Of a stretch of 64,000 nt of DNA, positions 27,957-38,155 are shown in pieces (positions within the stretch are counted from its first letter, which is position 1; each line of letters opens with the position of its first letter). The DNA lies in NCBI GenBank assembly GCA_050250895.1, contig JBFWNU010000002.1, forward strand, positions 64,001 to 128,000, written 5' to 3'. A model generated the notes under the pieces. The model searched no databases and was not told the DNA's origin. It was given only the letters and a program-made list of their open reading frames with translations. The translations under genes were made by a program, and so were the position numbers. The stretch is from Vulcanimicrobiota bacterium. Its GTDB lineage: Bacteria > Vulcanimicrobiota > Xenobia > Xenobiales > JADMJV01.

Positions 27957-30014
27957 CTAAGGATGGAAGTGCAGGGCCGATCTCTCGATGGTGTAGATGG
28001 CCGTTCCCTCGGGTTGCATTTCCACCAGGTTGGGAAGATAGCGCGGATCCCAGTGAACACACACGTTGCGCCCAAAGACGCGCACGTCGCCACCGAGACT
28101 GGCGCTGGTGCCGGGCCCCGAGGCGGCGGAAGGATCCTGCCCATAGGCCACCACCGCTCCCTGCAGGCTGGCCTGTCCTCCCACCAACTCGGCCGCGCCG
28201 TCGGCCGCATATACATACACGTCGCCCCAGCTATAGAGAAGGCCGCGGAAGGTCAGGTTGCGATAGCGACCGTCGGGGCCCAGATACGAGGCGAAGGACG
28301 AGACCTTGAGATCGCCCCGGGCATAGATAGTCAGCCTCACCGAGGCGCTGCGACCTTCGCCGGGAGGGATCGGGATGGTTTCGTCGGGCTCGGCTTCTTC
28401 AAAGCCATCGTCGGACACGTCGAGCGACTCGTTGATGGCCGTTGCCGCGGCCGTCATCAAGCGGGCCGTACTCACGCCGTTCGAGGCCAGGCTCAGGGTT
28501 CTTCCCGAAAGGATTCTGACCTCACCGGTGCTGGTCAGGCAGGTCCCTTCGCCAATGAAGCTACCCTGAAGATGCAGGTCTCCCTCGACCGAGAAGAGGC
28601 ATCGCTCGAGTTGGATTTTCATCCGGTCGGGAGTCACCCCATCGCTGGCCAGTGCGTAGGTTGGGAGCGGGGCGGTTTTGATGAAGCGCGGCGGCAAGGT
28701 GGGTACCAGGGCGAAGCTGCTGTGGCCACCGGGAGAGGGCAACACGCGAATCTCGGTCTGGTTGTTCTCGAAGGAGAGCCCCTGAGTGGTATATTCTTCG
28801 TTGGTGAGCGGGTCCAGGAACTTCATGGCGACCTTGTGCCAGAGAATGCCGTCGGGGCAGGCGGCCAGATTCTCGCTGGGACGGACCTGATGGAAGTCGT
28901 GTCCCAGGGGAGTGGCGAAGGGATCAAAGGTCGGGTCGGTGGTGATCCGGGCCCGGTAGTCATCGTAGCTCATGTCGAGCCAGGCAAGGCTCAGGCTGGC
29001 GGGATCAGCCGGGTCCGAGAGCCCATAGACGTAGGTTCCGCCGTAGAGGCAGACGGTGCGCGGGTCGTCGGTGACCGTGCGAGCCTGACGAACCTGGCTC
29101 CAGCGCAGGCGATAGAAGTCTTTCGAGTCGCCGGGCTCTTCATGGCTGGTGGTGACGGTGGCATTGCCGGCCAGGAACTCGGGCGTGCCGTTTGAGCCCA
29201 GTTCCACGGTCAGGTTGTTGCGGTCGATCTTGAGGGGGGCGCTACCGCTGGGGCGGCGCAGCTTCATCGTGCCTTTGGACCGAAGGCGGATGGCCTTCCC
29301 CTGGGCAAACCGACGGTGGGCCGACTTGATCCAGACCTTGCCGCTCTCGGCCACTCGGATGTCGAGGTTTCCGCCGGCCATGATGACGGCGTCATCGACG
29401 CTGCGGTCGGGCACGGCTCGAAAGATCGAGCTGGCCACCTGGGGGGCCGTGTGGGATTTGCCAGCCACCCTACCTTCGACGAAGATGCAGGCCGAGTGGG
29501 CGGGAATGGCCTGCGGACCGACGGTGGGGTCCAGGACCTCATAACTTCCCCCTAGACCCTCGGGTACCACGGCTTCTTCCTGGCCGCTCATGTTGTTGAT
29601 GGAAACTCGTCGGGTCTCGAATCGCCAACCGGCAATCGGGTCGGGCAGGCCATCGGTGGGAATGGCCCCGGGGCTGCCGTCGTAGAAGTTGAATCGGATG
29701 CGAAACTCAGACACCGAGCCGTCCGGGTCGGTGATACGGCCCAGCACGTTGCCCTGCTGCTCTTCGATGTGGAGATCGGGCTGGTCCACCACCACCGTAT
29801 TGCCGTTGCCCCTCCAATGGGGGTCCTCGCGCAATTGACAGGCGGCATAGTCGAGCCCCGACAGCACGGCCCGGCGGGCCCGTTCTTTGTCGCTGCTCAA
29901 GTTGGAAGCCGTATTGGCTACCGGCAGGCGAAGGAGAGCCACGCGAACCAATAGGCTCAGCACCAGCACCACCATCATGGTGGCGATGAGCACAAATCCC
30001 GCGCGCTGTTTCAT
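27957..30014 (-). CDS. large PilX/GspK-like minor pilin
   Basis: G|FVLIATMMVVLVL prepilin site lacking Glu5; last gene of the pilin operon. Confidence 0.7.
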   Translation of the reverse strand: MKQRAGFVLIATMMVVLVLSLLVRVALLRLPVANTASNLSSDKERARRAVLSGLDYAACQLREDPHWRGNGNTVVVDQPDLHIEEQQGNVLGRITDPDGSVSEFRIRFNFYDGSPGAIPTDGLPDPIAGWRFETRRVSINNMSGQEEAVVPEGLGGSYEVLDPTVGPQAIPAHSACIFVEGRVAGKSHTAPQVASSIFRAVPDRSVDDAVIMAGGNLDIRVAESGKVWIKSAHRRFAQGKAIRLRSKGTMKLRRPSGSAPLKIDRNNLTVELGSNGTPEFLAGNATVTTSHEEPGDSKDFYRLRWSQVRQARTVTDDPRTVCLYGGTYVYGLSDPADPASLSLAWLDMSYDDYRARITTDPTFDPFATPLGHDFHQVRPSENLAACPDGILWHKVAMKFLDPLTNEEYTTQGLSFENNQTEIRVLPSPGGHSSFALVPTLPPRFIKTAPLPTYALASDGVTPDRMKIQLERCLFSVEGDLHLQGSFIGEGTCLTSTGEVRILSGRTLSLASNGVSTARLMTAAATAINESLDVSDDGFEEAEPDETIPIPPGEGRSASVRLTIYARGDLKVSSFASYLGPDGRYRNLTFRGLLYSWGDVYVYAADGAAELVGGQASLQGAVVAYGQDPSAASGPGTSASLGGDVRVFGRNVCVHWDPRYLPNLVEMQPEGTAIYTIERSALHFHP

Positions 30015-30024
30015 TGTCTACTCC

Positions 30025-30804
30025 TCAATGCACCGGAAAGACCGAGAAAACGAGATGGTCCGTCCATTCCGAGTCGATCAGCGAAACCGAGCCGACGGCC
30101 ACGCCCTGGCCTGCCTTTTCCTTCGAGAAGGCCGAGCACACCACCTCGACCTCGTTGGGCCAGGTCGGGTCGGGACCGAGGTGAACCTCGAACGTCAGCA
30201 AACCGCTGGCCACCAACCGTGATTCCATGACATAGGCCGGGGCGGTCCCCAATTCGGGAAAGCCCAGGCTGTAGTCCTCGGGAACGACCACCCAGTGGTC
30301 GATGTTGGCGTCAGGAACGAGTTTCTCCTCGGGCCGTGGCAAGTCAGGGGCTTCCTCCCAGGGGCGCTTGCGAATCACCCGGCGCACCAGGAATTTGTGG
30401 GGGCAGCGGGCATCATAGCCGTCACACGTCTGTCCGAAAAGCTGGTCGTGTTTCTTGGGGGCGGCCAAATAATAGAGGATATTGGTGTTCCATTGGGGCG
30501 TGCCGTCGTCTTGAGTGCGAAAGCGCCCATCGACCTGGTCGTAGGCCGACAAGAACCATACGGCCGGAATATCCTGCCCGAGTTTTGTCACCACTTTGGT
30601 CTTGAGCTGAGAAAAGCTGGTTTCGCGCAGGTCGGACTCGACACTGCCCCGGGCCTTCTGCAGGGCGAAGACGTTGTCTTGTTCCGAGCTGATGCCCTGA
30701 GACAGTTGCGAACTGCTGCGCATGACCACGATGAACAAGATCAAGAACAGCGAGAAAATGGCCGTCGTCACCCCGATCTCGGCCAGCGTGAAGCCTCGTC
30801 TCAT
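30025..30804 (-). CDS. prepilin-type (PilW/GspJ-like) protein
   Basis: MRRG|FTLAE. Confidence 0.85.
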   Translation of the reverse strand: MRRGFTLAEIGVTTAIFSLFLILFIVVMRSSSQLSQGISSEQDNVFALQKARGSVESDLRETSFSQLKTKVVTKLGQDIPAVWFLSAYDQVDGRFRTQDDGTPQWNTNILYYLAAPKKHDQLFGQTCDGYDARCPHKFLVRRVIRKRPWEEAPDLPRPEEKLVPDANIDHWVVVPEDYSLGFPELGTAPAYVMESRLVASGLLTFEVHLGPDPTWPNEVEVVCSAFSKEKAGQGVAVGSVSLIDSEWTDHLVFSVFPVH

Positions 30805-31271
30805 CGCATCTCTCGATTCACCAGGCGGGTGGAGTAGATTTTCATGCTACCCCGCCCGTCCCGGGCGGCATCTCCGTCCGAGTTCCAGCTCACCGTCACG
30901 CGCACCATCTTCAGACCGTTCACGGCTGAAGACGCGCCCAGGCGCCCCCCGCCGTCTTCATTAACGGTGGCGGCCGTGACCCAGTAGCGATAGTCGGTGT
31001 GGCCGATGCGCTGGTTGCCGGTCCGCCAGGCGTCGGTCTGGTCCGGATACTCCTGGCTCCAGAAGTCGTCGGCGTCGCCCAGAGGCAGGCTGTTGAGTTC
31101 GTCGACCACCCGCTCCAGCTGGCGTTCGGCTACGGCCCGGGCTCGGGCCGATTCGGTGATGTTGTGCTGGGCCACCAGGTTCGAGACCAGCACCTGACCC
31201 AGTGCGGTGGCGGCAATCGCCAGGACGGCCAGGGCAAAGAGCACTTCGAGCAGACTAAAGCCCTTCTTCAA
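30801..31271 (-). CDS. prepilin-type (PilV/GspI-like) protein
   Basis: MKKG|FSLLEVL; TTG start overlapping the upstream stop. Confidence 0.85.
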   Translation of the reverse strand: MKKGFSLLEVLFALAVLAIAATALGQVLVSNLVAQHNITESARARAVAERQLERVVDELNSLPLGDADDFWSQEYPDQTDAWRTGNQRIGHTDYRYWVTAATVNEDGGGRLGASSAVNGLKMVRVTVSWNSDGDAARDGRGSMKIYSTRLVNREMR

Positions 31272-32365
31272 GCGCCGAAGGTGCTCACCATCTTCATAAT
31301 GGGCATAAACGCCGCCACCGCCACGAAACAGGCCACCATCCCACCAGCTGACAACAGAATCGGTTCCACCAGCTTGAGGGCGGTATCGAGGCGGCGCTCG
31401 ACATCTTCGCTCATCAGGCGGGCTACCTCTGCGGCCATCTCTGAGAGTCTACCAGACAATTCTCCCACCTGCATCAGTTGCACCACCATGGGCGGGAAGG
31501 AGGTATGCTCCTGCAGCGAATCGGCCAGGCCCATGCCACGGGTGACACTCTGGATAGCGTTTCTCAGGTCGCGCCGTGTGGCTCGATTCTGGCAGACGTT
31601 GGCCCCCAACTGCAAGCTCTTGAGGACATCCAGGCCCACCCGCATCGAGTTGGACACCACATCCAGGGCGCGGGCGATGTCGAGACTAGTCTGCAGTCTG
31701 CCCAGCACCGGCACCGATCTCAGAAACTCGTCGAGTTGCAGGCGAATGTCCGGGCTAGCGCTATAGATGCGGCGCAGCACCAGGACGGTCACGACCAGTG
31801 CCAGCAGACTCCCACCCAGAAAGAGCGGGCTGGTCAACAGGTTGAGCATGAAAACCAGCAGGCGGGTGGGCGCGGGCACGTCCTCGCCGAGCAGCTTGAT
31901 CAGCCCGCTATCACCCGGCGCGATCAAGAAGACGAAAAGCAGGCCTACGGCCAACATCACCGTCAATAAGAAGGCGGGGTAGGTCAAAGCCGAAGCCAGG
32001 GCCTTTCTTCGCCGGGCTTGATTCTCGGCCACGGTAGCAATGCGAGCGAACGTCTCGACCAGGGCGCCGTGCGTTTCACCCACCATCACCAGTTGGACGA
32101 ACAGGGTATCGAACGCCCCGCTGCGGGCCAGGGCCGCCGATAGCATCTTGCCCCGCTCGAGGCTGCCCACCACCTCCTCGAGCACCAGGCTGAAATACGG
32201 ATCCGGCTCGCCCTTCTCGAGATAGCTCACGGCCTGGACCAGCCCCACGCCCACCTGGGTCATGGTATGCAGCCTGCGAAAGAAAAGCGCCTGAACTTCA
32301 GGCTTGAGAGTCCGCGGTCTTAACCGCTGCAATCCTACCGCGTCTTGACTCGTCGGGCTTGCCAC
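31268..32365 (-). CDS. PilC/GspF family inner-membrane platform protein
   Basis: Two T2SSF repeats (VGETHGAL...ALTYP; FPPMVVQLMQVGELSGRL...LVEP). Confidence 0.92.
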   Translation of the reverse strand: MASPTSQDAVGLQRLRPRTLKPEVQALFFRRLHTMTQVGVGLVQAVSYLEKGEPDPYFSLVLEEVVGSLERGKMLSAALARSGAFDTLFVQLVMVGETHGALVETFARIATVAENQARRRKALASALTYPAFLLTVMLAVGLLFVFLIAPGDSGLIKLLGEDVPAPTRLLVFMLNLLTSPLFLGGSLLALVVTVLVLRRIYSASPDIRLQLDEFLRSVPVLGRLQTSLDIARALDVVSNSMRVGLDVLKSLQLGANVCQNRATRRDLRNAIQSVTRGMGLADSLQEHTSFPPMVVQLMQVGELSGRLSEMAAEVARLMSEDVERRLDTALKLVEPILLSAGGMVACFVAVAAFMPIMKMVSTFGA

Positions 32366-32406
32366 CGGCTGGAGAAATTCCCTCTCCCGCTGGCTTCACC
32401 TCTGAT

Positions 32407-32904
32407 TCATTGGGGCCAGGCCCGAAGATAAAAGTCGACGGTGGCCGTGCCCTCGAAAAGGCCGCCTTTGGGAGCCAGCTTGAGGTCGACCAGGCGCGTA
32501 GGCCGTACCTGCGAGCTGACCAACCCCCGCAGCCCCGCCTTGATTTGCGCCGGCGGGCCCGACAAGCGCAGCTCGGCCCGACGAAAGCGGAACTCGGCCG
32601 TTCCGGGTTGCAGTTCGGAAGCCTTGACCAGAGTCACCCCCGGGGGCAGTTCTGAGCGGATATGCTCGACCATCTGCTCGGGGTCTTCCAGGGTTTGCTG
32701 AAAGGGTCGAACTTTGCTCAGCTCTTGTTGCTCGGCCAGCAACTTGGAAATTCGTTGCTCGGCATCGGCTAGATGGGCCACGCGATCCTGTAACTTCGCC
32801 AGGCGCTCCTGACGCTCGGCCAGCAGGATTTGCAGCTCTTGCTCTTCGGGGCTGGGGCCGCAAGCCACCAGCCAGGCAAGGGCGACGATCCACAGCCATC
32901 TCAT
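32407..32904 (-). CDS. lipoprotein with coiled coil and PilO-like ferredoxin-type C-terminus
   Basis: Lipobox LVAC; pilus operon context; fold assignment tentative. Confidence 0.6.
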   Translation of the reverse strand: MRWLWIVALAWLVACGPSPEEQELQILLAERQERLAKLQDRVAHLADAEQRISKLLAEQQELSKVRPFQQTLEDPEQMVEHIRSELPPGVTLVKASELQPGTAEFRFRRAELRLSGPPAQIKAGLRGLVSSQVRPTRLVDLKLAPKGGLFEGTATVDFYLRAWPQ

Positions 32905-33179
32905 CGAAAATCCAACTCCACGGCCTGGCTCCAATCGGCGGCTTCGAGCCGCGCGAGGGTCTCTTGCTGCTGGCTTACCTGTTCGCGATGCAATTCCAGA
33001 GCCCGCTCCAATCGCTGTTCGCGCTGGGCCAGCTCTTCGACTTCGGGGTGTTCAATCTCGAGCTGCTTGATCTGCTGGGTGAGCCGCTCGACCTCGGCTT
33101 GTAGCTCATGCTGTCTGGCTTCGTTGGCACAGCCGGCCAGGCCGAGCACCAGCATCGCGATGGCGAACCAATTTCTCAT
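32901..33179 (-). CDS. small coiled-coil lipoprotein
   Basis: Lipobox LAGC; translationally coupled to the next gene. Confidence 0.7.
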   Translation of the reverse strand: MRNWFAIAMLVLGLAGCANEARQHELQAEVERLTQQIKQLEIEHPEVEELAQREQRLERALELHREQVSQQQETLARLEAADWSQAVELDFR

Positions 33180-33242
33180 AGCCTCGCGGTTCGCGCCCTC
33201 CCCGGGCTACCCTGCGTGGACCAGGGCCCTGGACCAAGAAGG

Positions 33243-33803
33243 ATGACACGCCGGTCAGAAGAAGTGCGCCCGGTGAAGTCCACCGGTCCCACAGTGGTCG
33301 CTCAGGTCGGCCTGGTCACCAACCCCTGGCTCACCCTGCGACGCAAAGACGTCAGCTTCGAGGGCAAGGTCGAAGATTACTATTCGCTGACCCTGCCCGA
33401 CTACGTGGCCATCGTGGCCCGCACCCCGAGCGGCAAGATTCCCCTGGTGCGCCAGTATCGACCGGCCGTCGAGCAATTCACCTGGGAGCTGCCGGCCGGC
33501 ACGGTGGCCCCTGGCGAGTCCCCGCTGCGGTGCGCCTTGCGCGAGCTGCAAGAAGAAGTCGGCCTGACCGGCACGGCCACCCCCCTGGGCACTTATTGGC
33601 CCGACACGGGCCGGCTCGAGAACCAGCTCCATGTCTTCGCGGTCGAGTGCCAGCAAGAGACGGCGTCCGCCGACTTCGTGCCCGAAGCCGGACTCGAGAT
33701 CGGCTTGGTCACGCCGGCAGAACTGCGCCACATGATTGCCGCCAATACCTTCAGCCATCTCCAACACGTAGCCGCCCTCTACCTGGCCCGGGTGCTGCCA
33801 TGA
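33243..33803 (+). CDS. NUDIX hydrolase (ADP-ribose/NDP-sugar pyrophosphatase-like)
   Basis: VRQYRP, WELPAG and Nudix box GTVAPGESPLRCALRELQEEVG. Confidence 0.92.
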   Translation: MTRRSEEVRPVKSTGPTVVAQVGLVTNPWLTLRRKDVSFEGKVEDYYSLTLPDYVAIVARTPSGKIPLVRQYRPAVEQFTWELPAGTVAPGESPLRCALRELQEEVGLTGTATPLGTYWPDTGRLENQLHVFAVECQQETASADFVPEAGLEIGLVTPAELRHMIAANTFSHLQHVAALYLARVLP

Positions 33804-34990
33804 AGACGGTCACCATCGTGGGTGGCTGCGGCCACGTCGGGCTACCGCTGGGCATCGTACTGGCCGAGGCCGGCTATCGTACCCACCTGCTCGACCGCAA
33901 TCAGCAGTTGGTCGAGCAGGTCACCCGCAAAGAGATGCCCCACCTCGAGCAAGAGGGGCCCGAGCGCCTGACCCAGGCCATCGATAGCGGCCTGCTCTCG
34001 GCCACCACCGACCTCGGCGTCATCGGTAGCAGCGACATCGTCATGATCGCCATCGGCACTCCGGTCGACGAGTATATGAACCCCCGCGTCCAGGACCTCA
34101 TCGCCGCTCTTTTCGAACTCAAAGAGCAGCTCCACTCGCCCGAGCAACTGGTGATCTTTCGCTCCACCATCGCGCCCGGCGTGCTGCGCACCCTGGCCGA
34201 CCACCTACAGGATTGGGGCTGCCCGGTGGCCATCGCCTATTGTCCCGAGCGGATTGTGCAAGGTCACGCCTTGACCGAACTCAAAGGTCTACCCCAGCTT
34301 GTTTCGGGCTTAGACCAGCAGGCCGTCGATGGGGCTCGCGAGCTGTTCTTCAATCTGACCGAGACCGAGCCGATCGTGCTCAAGCCCATCGAAGCCGAGC
34401 TGGCCAAGCTCTTCTGTAACGCCTGGCGCTATATCAACTTCGCCATCAGCAACCAGTTCTACGAGATTGCCGAGAGCACCGGAGCCAGCTTCGCGCGCAT
34501 TCACGCCGCCGTGACCTATGATTATCCGCGGCTCGAGGGCTTTGCCCGGGCCGGGCTCACGGCCGGCCCTTGTCTGCTCAAGGACACCATGCAACTGGCC
34601 GCCTTCAGTCAGAACACCTTTTTCCTCGGTCACAGCGCCATGCTGGTCAACGAGGGCCTGCCCAACTTTCTGGTTCACCAGCTGGTGGAACAGATGGGCA
34701 GCCTGCGCCGCAAGCGGATCGCCCTGCTAGGTCTAGCTTTTAAGCCCAACAACGACGACACGCGCGAGTCGCTGTCGTTCAAAGTGCGCAAGTTGCTGCT
34801 GCAACGGGGCGCCCAGGTGGTGTGTCACGACCCCTTCGTCAATCACGCCCACCATCCTCACGTCCAGTTCGTCAGCCTGGAGGAGGCCCTCGAGGTCGAC
34901 GCCGTGGTGGTCGGCGTGCCCCACGACTGCTATCGAGAACTCGATTTCGGTTCGACCCCGGTGCTGGATGTCTGGGGAGCCATCGGGTGA
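33800..34990 (+). CDS. UDP-glucose/GDP-mannose family nucleotide-sugar dehydrogenase
   Basis: GGCGHVGLP, IGTP, RST, CPER, AELAKL, GPCLLKD, GLAFKPNNDDTRES. Confidence 0.93.
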   Translation: MKTVTIVGGCGHVGLPLGIVLAEAGYRTHLLDRNQQLVEQVTRKEMPHLEQEGPERLTQAIDSGLLSATTDLGVIGSSDIVMIAIGTPVDEYMNPRVQDLIAALFELKEQLHSPEQLVIFRSTIAPGVLRTLADHLQDWGCPVAIAYCPERIVQGHALTELKGLPQLVSGLDQQAVDGARELFFNLTETEPIVLKPIEAELAKLFCNAWRYINFAISNQFYEIAESTGASFARIHAAVTYDYPRLEGFARAGLTAGPCLLKDTMQLAAFSQNTFFLGHSAMLVNEGLPNFLVHQLVEQMGSLRRKRIALLGLAFKPNNDDTRESLSFKVRKLLLQRGAQVVCHDPFVNHAHHPHVQFVSLEEALEVDAVVVGVPHDCYRELDFGSTPVLDVWGAIG

Positions 34991-35931
34991 ACATTCTCGT
35001 CACCGGGGGTAGCGGCTTCATCGGCGCGGCCCTGGTTCATTCCCTATGCCAGGCCGGCCACGAGGTGCGGGTCTTTGACGACAACTCGCGAGGCTCGCCG
35101 GGGCGTTTGGCCGGCGCCGAGGTCGAATTCATCCAGGGCGACATCCGCCATGCCGAAGCCGTCATTCAAGCCTGTCGGGGCATGGACGCAGTCTGGCATC
35201 TCGCCTACATCAACGGTACGGCCAACTTCTACGAGCAACCCGCGCTGGTGCTCGAGGTCGGCGTCAAGGGTATGGTCAACGTGCTCGACGGCTGCCGCTT
35301 CCATGAAGTCCCCGAGCTACTGCTGATGTCGAGCTCCGAAGTTTATCAGACTCCTGGTCAGGTTCCCACCCCCGAAAGCGTGCCTCTGGTAGTGCCGGAC
35401 CCCCTCAATCCGCGCTTCTCTTACGGCGGCGGCAAGATCATCTCCGAGCTGATGGCCATCAACTATGGCCGCACGGGATTTGAGCGCGTCATGGTCTTGC
35501 GTCCGCATAACGTCTACGGCCCCGACATGGGCTTTGACCACGTCATTCCTCAATTTGCGGCCCGCTTGCGCGAACTGCGGGATCAACCCCAACCCATCGC
35601 CTTTCCCATCCAGGGCGACGGGCGCGAAACCCGGGCCTTCGTCTACATCGACGACTTCGTGGCCGGGGTCAACCTGCTGCAGGAGCAGGGTCAGCATCTC
35701 GAGATCTACCATGTCGGCAACGATGTCGAGTCGACCATAGGCGAGGTGGCCGAACTCACCGCCCAGGCCATGGAGCTGACGGTCAGGCTCGAGCCCGGCC
35801 CTCTGCTGGCCGGCAGCACGCCACGACGGTGCCCTGACCTGTCCAAGTTGAGAGGCCTGGGCTATCGACCCCAGGTCAACCTGGCTGAAGGCATCCAGCG
35901 CTATGTCGATTGGTTCCTGCAATGTGCCTGA
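34987..35931 (+). CDS. NAD-dependent epimerase/dehydratase (extended SDR)
   Basis: VTGGSGFIG, SSSEVY, YGGGK, HNVYGP. Confidence 0.93.
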   Translation: MNILVTGGSGFIGAALVHSLCQAGHEVRVFDDNSRGSPGRLAGAEVEFIQGDIRHAEAVIQACRGMDAVWHLAYINGTANFYEQPALVLEVGVKGMVNVLDGCRFHEVPELLLMSSSEVYQTPGQVPTPESVPLVVPDPLNPRFSYGGGKIISELMAINYGRTGFERVMVLRPHNVYGPDMGFDHVIPQFAARLRELRDQPQPIAFPIQGDGRETRAFVYIDDFVAGVNLLQEQGQHLEIYHVGNDVESTIGEVAELTAQAMELTVRLEPGPLLAGSTPRRCPDLSKLRGLGYRPQVNLAEGIQRYVDWFLQCA

Positions 35932-35968
35932 CGATACATCCCCTCAAACCATCCATCGGAGGCCCTCT

Positions 35969-37216
35969 ATGACTACCCTGGGAACCGGCACCAGCAGTGT
36001 CGTCTCTCGCTGCCAGATCTGCGATTGCGAAGAGTTACGGTCGCTGCTCTTCGTGGGCTACCTCCCGCCTGTCAACGCCATGCCGGCCATCGGCTCGCAG
36101 CCCCAAGAAGAGACCTCTTATCCGGCCGATCTTCTGTTGTGCCCCAACTGCCGACTCATTCAGCTGGGGCTCGTGGTCGACGCCCAGATTCTTTTCCCCT
36201 CGAGCTATCCCTACACCAGCAGCACCACTCGCATCCTGCGCGAGAACTTTGCCCAGCTCTATGAAGAGTGTGTGCCGCTGATCGGTCTCGAGCCCGATCA
36301 ACTGGTGGTCGACATCGGTTCCAACGACGGCAACCTGCTCATCAACTTCAAAGACAAACACCGCATCTGCGGCATCACCCCCGAAGAGATCGGCAAGATC
36401 GCCATCGAGCGGGGCATTCCCACCATTCTCTCGTATTTTCAGGCGGCCGTGGTGGATCAGATTCTGGCCGAGCACGGCCCGGCCGGACTGATCACCGCGA
36501 CCAACGTCTTCGCCCATATCGAGAAGCCTCATAGCGTGCTCGAGCAGGTGTTGCGTTTGCTCGACGACGGGGGAGTCTTCTTGACCGAGTCCCACTATGT
36601 ATTAAGCCTGGTCGAGACGGTCCAGTACGACACCATCTATCACGAACACCTGCGCTACTACTCGCTACACAGCCTGCAGCATCTACTGGGCATGCACGGC
36701 CTCGAGGTGTTTCACGTCAAGCCCATTCCGACCCATGGGGGCTCGATTCGAGTCTATGCCGCCCGCCGGGGGGATCACCCCGTCAACGACTCGGTGCGGG
36801 CCCAGCTCGAACTCGAACAGACCGGCTTGAGCGACGCCAGTCTCGAACTCTTCCGTCATCAGGTCCAGCAATCGCGACTCAAGCTGTGGGCTCTGCTGGC
36901 CGAACTCCGGGCCGAGCACAAACGGATTATCGGGGTCAGCGCACCCAGCCGGGCCAGCACGCTCATCAGCTATACCGGGCTTGACGATGGCATCCTCGAA
37001 GCCGTGGTCGAGGTGAAGGGCTCTCACAAGATCGGCAACTACATCCCCGGCACTTTGATCCCGGTGGTCGACGAGGGCCTGATGTTTGCCGAGCCTCAGC
37101 CCGATTACGCCCTGCTGTTGGCCTGGCACATTGCCGATGAACTCATCCCCAAACTGCGGCAGTTCGGCTTCAGGAACAAGTTCATCATTCCTCTGCCCAC
37201 GCCACGGGTGATCTAG
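35969..37216 (+). CDS. NDP-sugar C-methyltransferase (Zn-binding, class I SAM)
   Basis: CQICD...CPNC Zn site, VDIGSNDG, NVFAH, DTIYHEHL, THGGS. Confidence 0.92.
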   Translation: MTTLGTGTSSVVSRCQICDCEELRSLLFVGYLPPVNAMPAIGSQPQEETSYPADLLLCPNCRLIQLGLVVDAQILFPSSYPYTSSTTRILRENFAQLYEECVPLIGLEPDQLVVDIGSNDGNLLINFKDKHRICGITPEEIGKIAIERGIPTILSYFQAAVVDQILAEHGPAGLITATNVFAHIEKPHSVLEQVLRLLDDGGVFLTESHYVLSLVETVQYDTIYHEHLRYYSLHSLQHLLGMHGLEVFHVKPIPTHGGSIRVYAARRGDHPVNDSVRAQLELEQTGLSDASLELFRHQVQQSRLKLWALLAELRAEHKRIIGVSAPSRASTLISYTGLDDGILEAVVEVKGSHKIGNYIPGTLIPVVDEGLMFAEPQPDYALLLAWHIADELIPKLRQFGFRNKFIIPLPTPRVI

Positions 37217-37219
37217 CCC

Positions 37220-38155
37220 ATGAAGGTCGCTATCATCGGTCAGGGCTTCGGTCGCAGTGCTCACCTGCCGGCCTGGCAAAGCGACCCTCGGGCCACCGTG
37301 CTGGGAGTCTTCACCCGCCAGGATACCCCGGCCGTGCTGGCGCGGTCCGATGTCGACATCGTCTCGCTGGCCGTCCCTCCGGCGGCCCAGCCGGCCCTCA
37401 TCGAGGCGGCCGCCGGCAAGCACATCTTCTGCGAGAAACCGCTGGCCGCCGACCTGGCCAGCGCCGCCCGCCTCAAGCCGGGCGGCCAGTTCGGCATCGA
37501 CCTTTTCTTTCCCGAGATTCCGGCCTGGCAAGAGGCGCGCAAACGCCTGCCCAGCCTGGGTCCCCTGCGTCACGCTCACCTCAGCTGGCGGCTCGAGAGC
37601 CGCGCCTTTCGTTTCGGGGCCACCGGTTGGAAGACCAATCCGGCCGAAGGGGGAGGGACCCTGGTCAACTTCGCGTCGCACACCTTCCACTATCTCGAGT
37701 GGCTCTTCGGCCCCATCGCCTCGCTCACAGGCCAGGACAGCGGGGGCCATGGCGCCGATGTCCAGGCCGGGGCCGACCTGCTCCTACGCTTTCCTAACGG
37801 CCTGACTGCGACCCTGTCGGTGGCCGCCGATGCCTACCAGGGGTCAGGCCATCGCCTCGAGGTCTATGGCCAGCATGGTTCGCTGGTGCTGTCCAACAAC
37901 AGTGGCGACTTCGCCCGCGGCTTTCGCCTGCAGGTCGCCCTCAAAGACCAGCCCTGGCAAGATTGCACGCCCCCCGACGTAGAAGGGCAGGGCGACGGCC
38001 GAGTCCCCCTGGTTTCTCGCCTGGTCAGCCGCCTGCTCGACGCCATCGAGAACGGCCACCCCATGCGTCCTGGCCTGGCCGAGGCCCTGCGGGTACAACG
38101 ACTGCTCGAGGCCGCCCGGAGCGTCCTCGAACAACGAATCTGGATGGATCTATGA
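37220..38155 (+). CDS. Gfo/Idh/MocA oxidoreductase
   Basis: AIIGQGFG, KHIFCEKP, GGGTL. Confidence 0.9.
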   Translation: MKVAIIGQGFGRSAHLPAWQSDPRATVLGVFTRQDTPAVLARSDVDIVSLAVPPAAQPALIEAAAGKHIFCEKPLAADLASAARLKPGGQFGIDLFFPEIPAWQEARKRLPSLGPLRHAHLSWRLESRAFRFGATGWKTNPAEGGGTLVNFASHTFHYLEWLFGPIASLTGQDSGGHGADVQAGADLLLRFPNGLTATLSVAADAYQGSGHRLEVYGQHGSLVLSNNSGDFARGFRLQVALKDQPWQDCTPPDVEGQGDGRVPLVSRLVSRLLDAIENGHPMRPGLAEALRVQRLLEAARSVLEQRIWMDL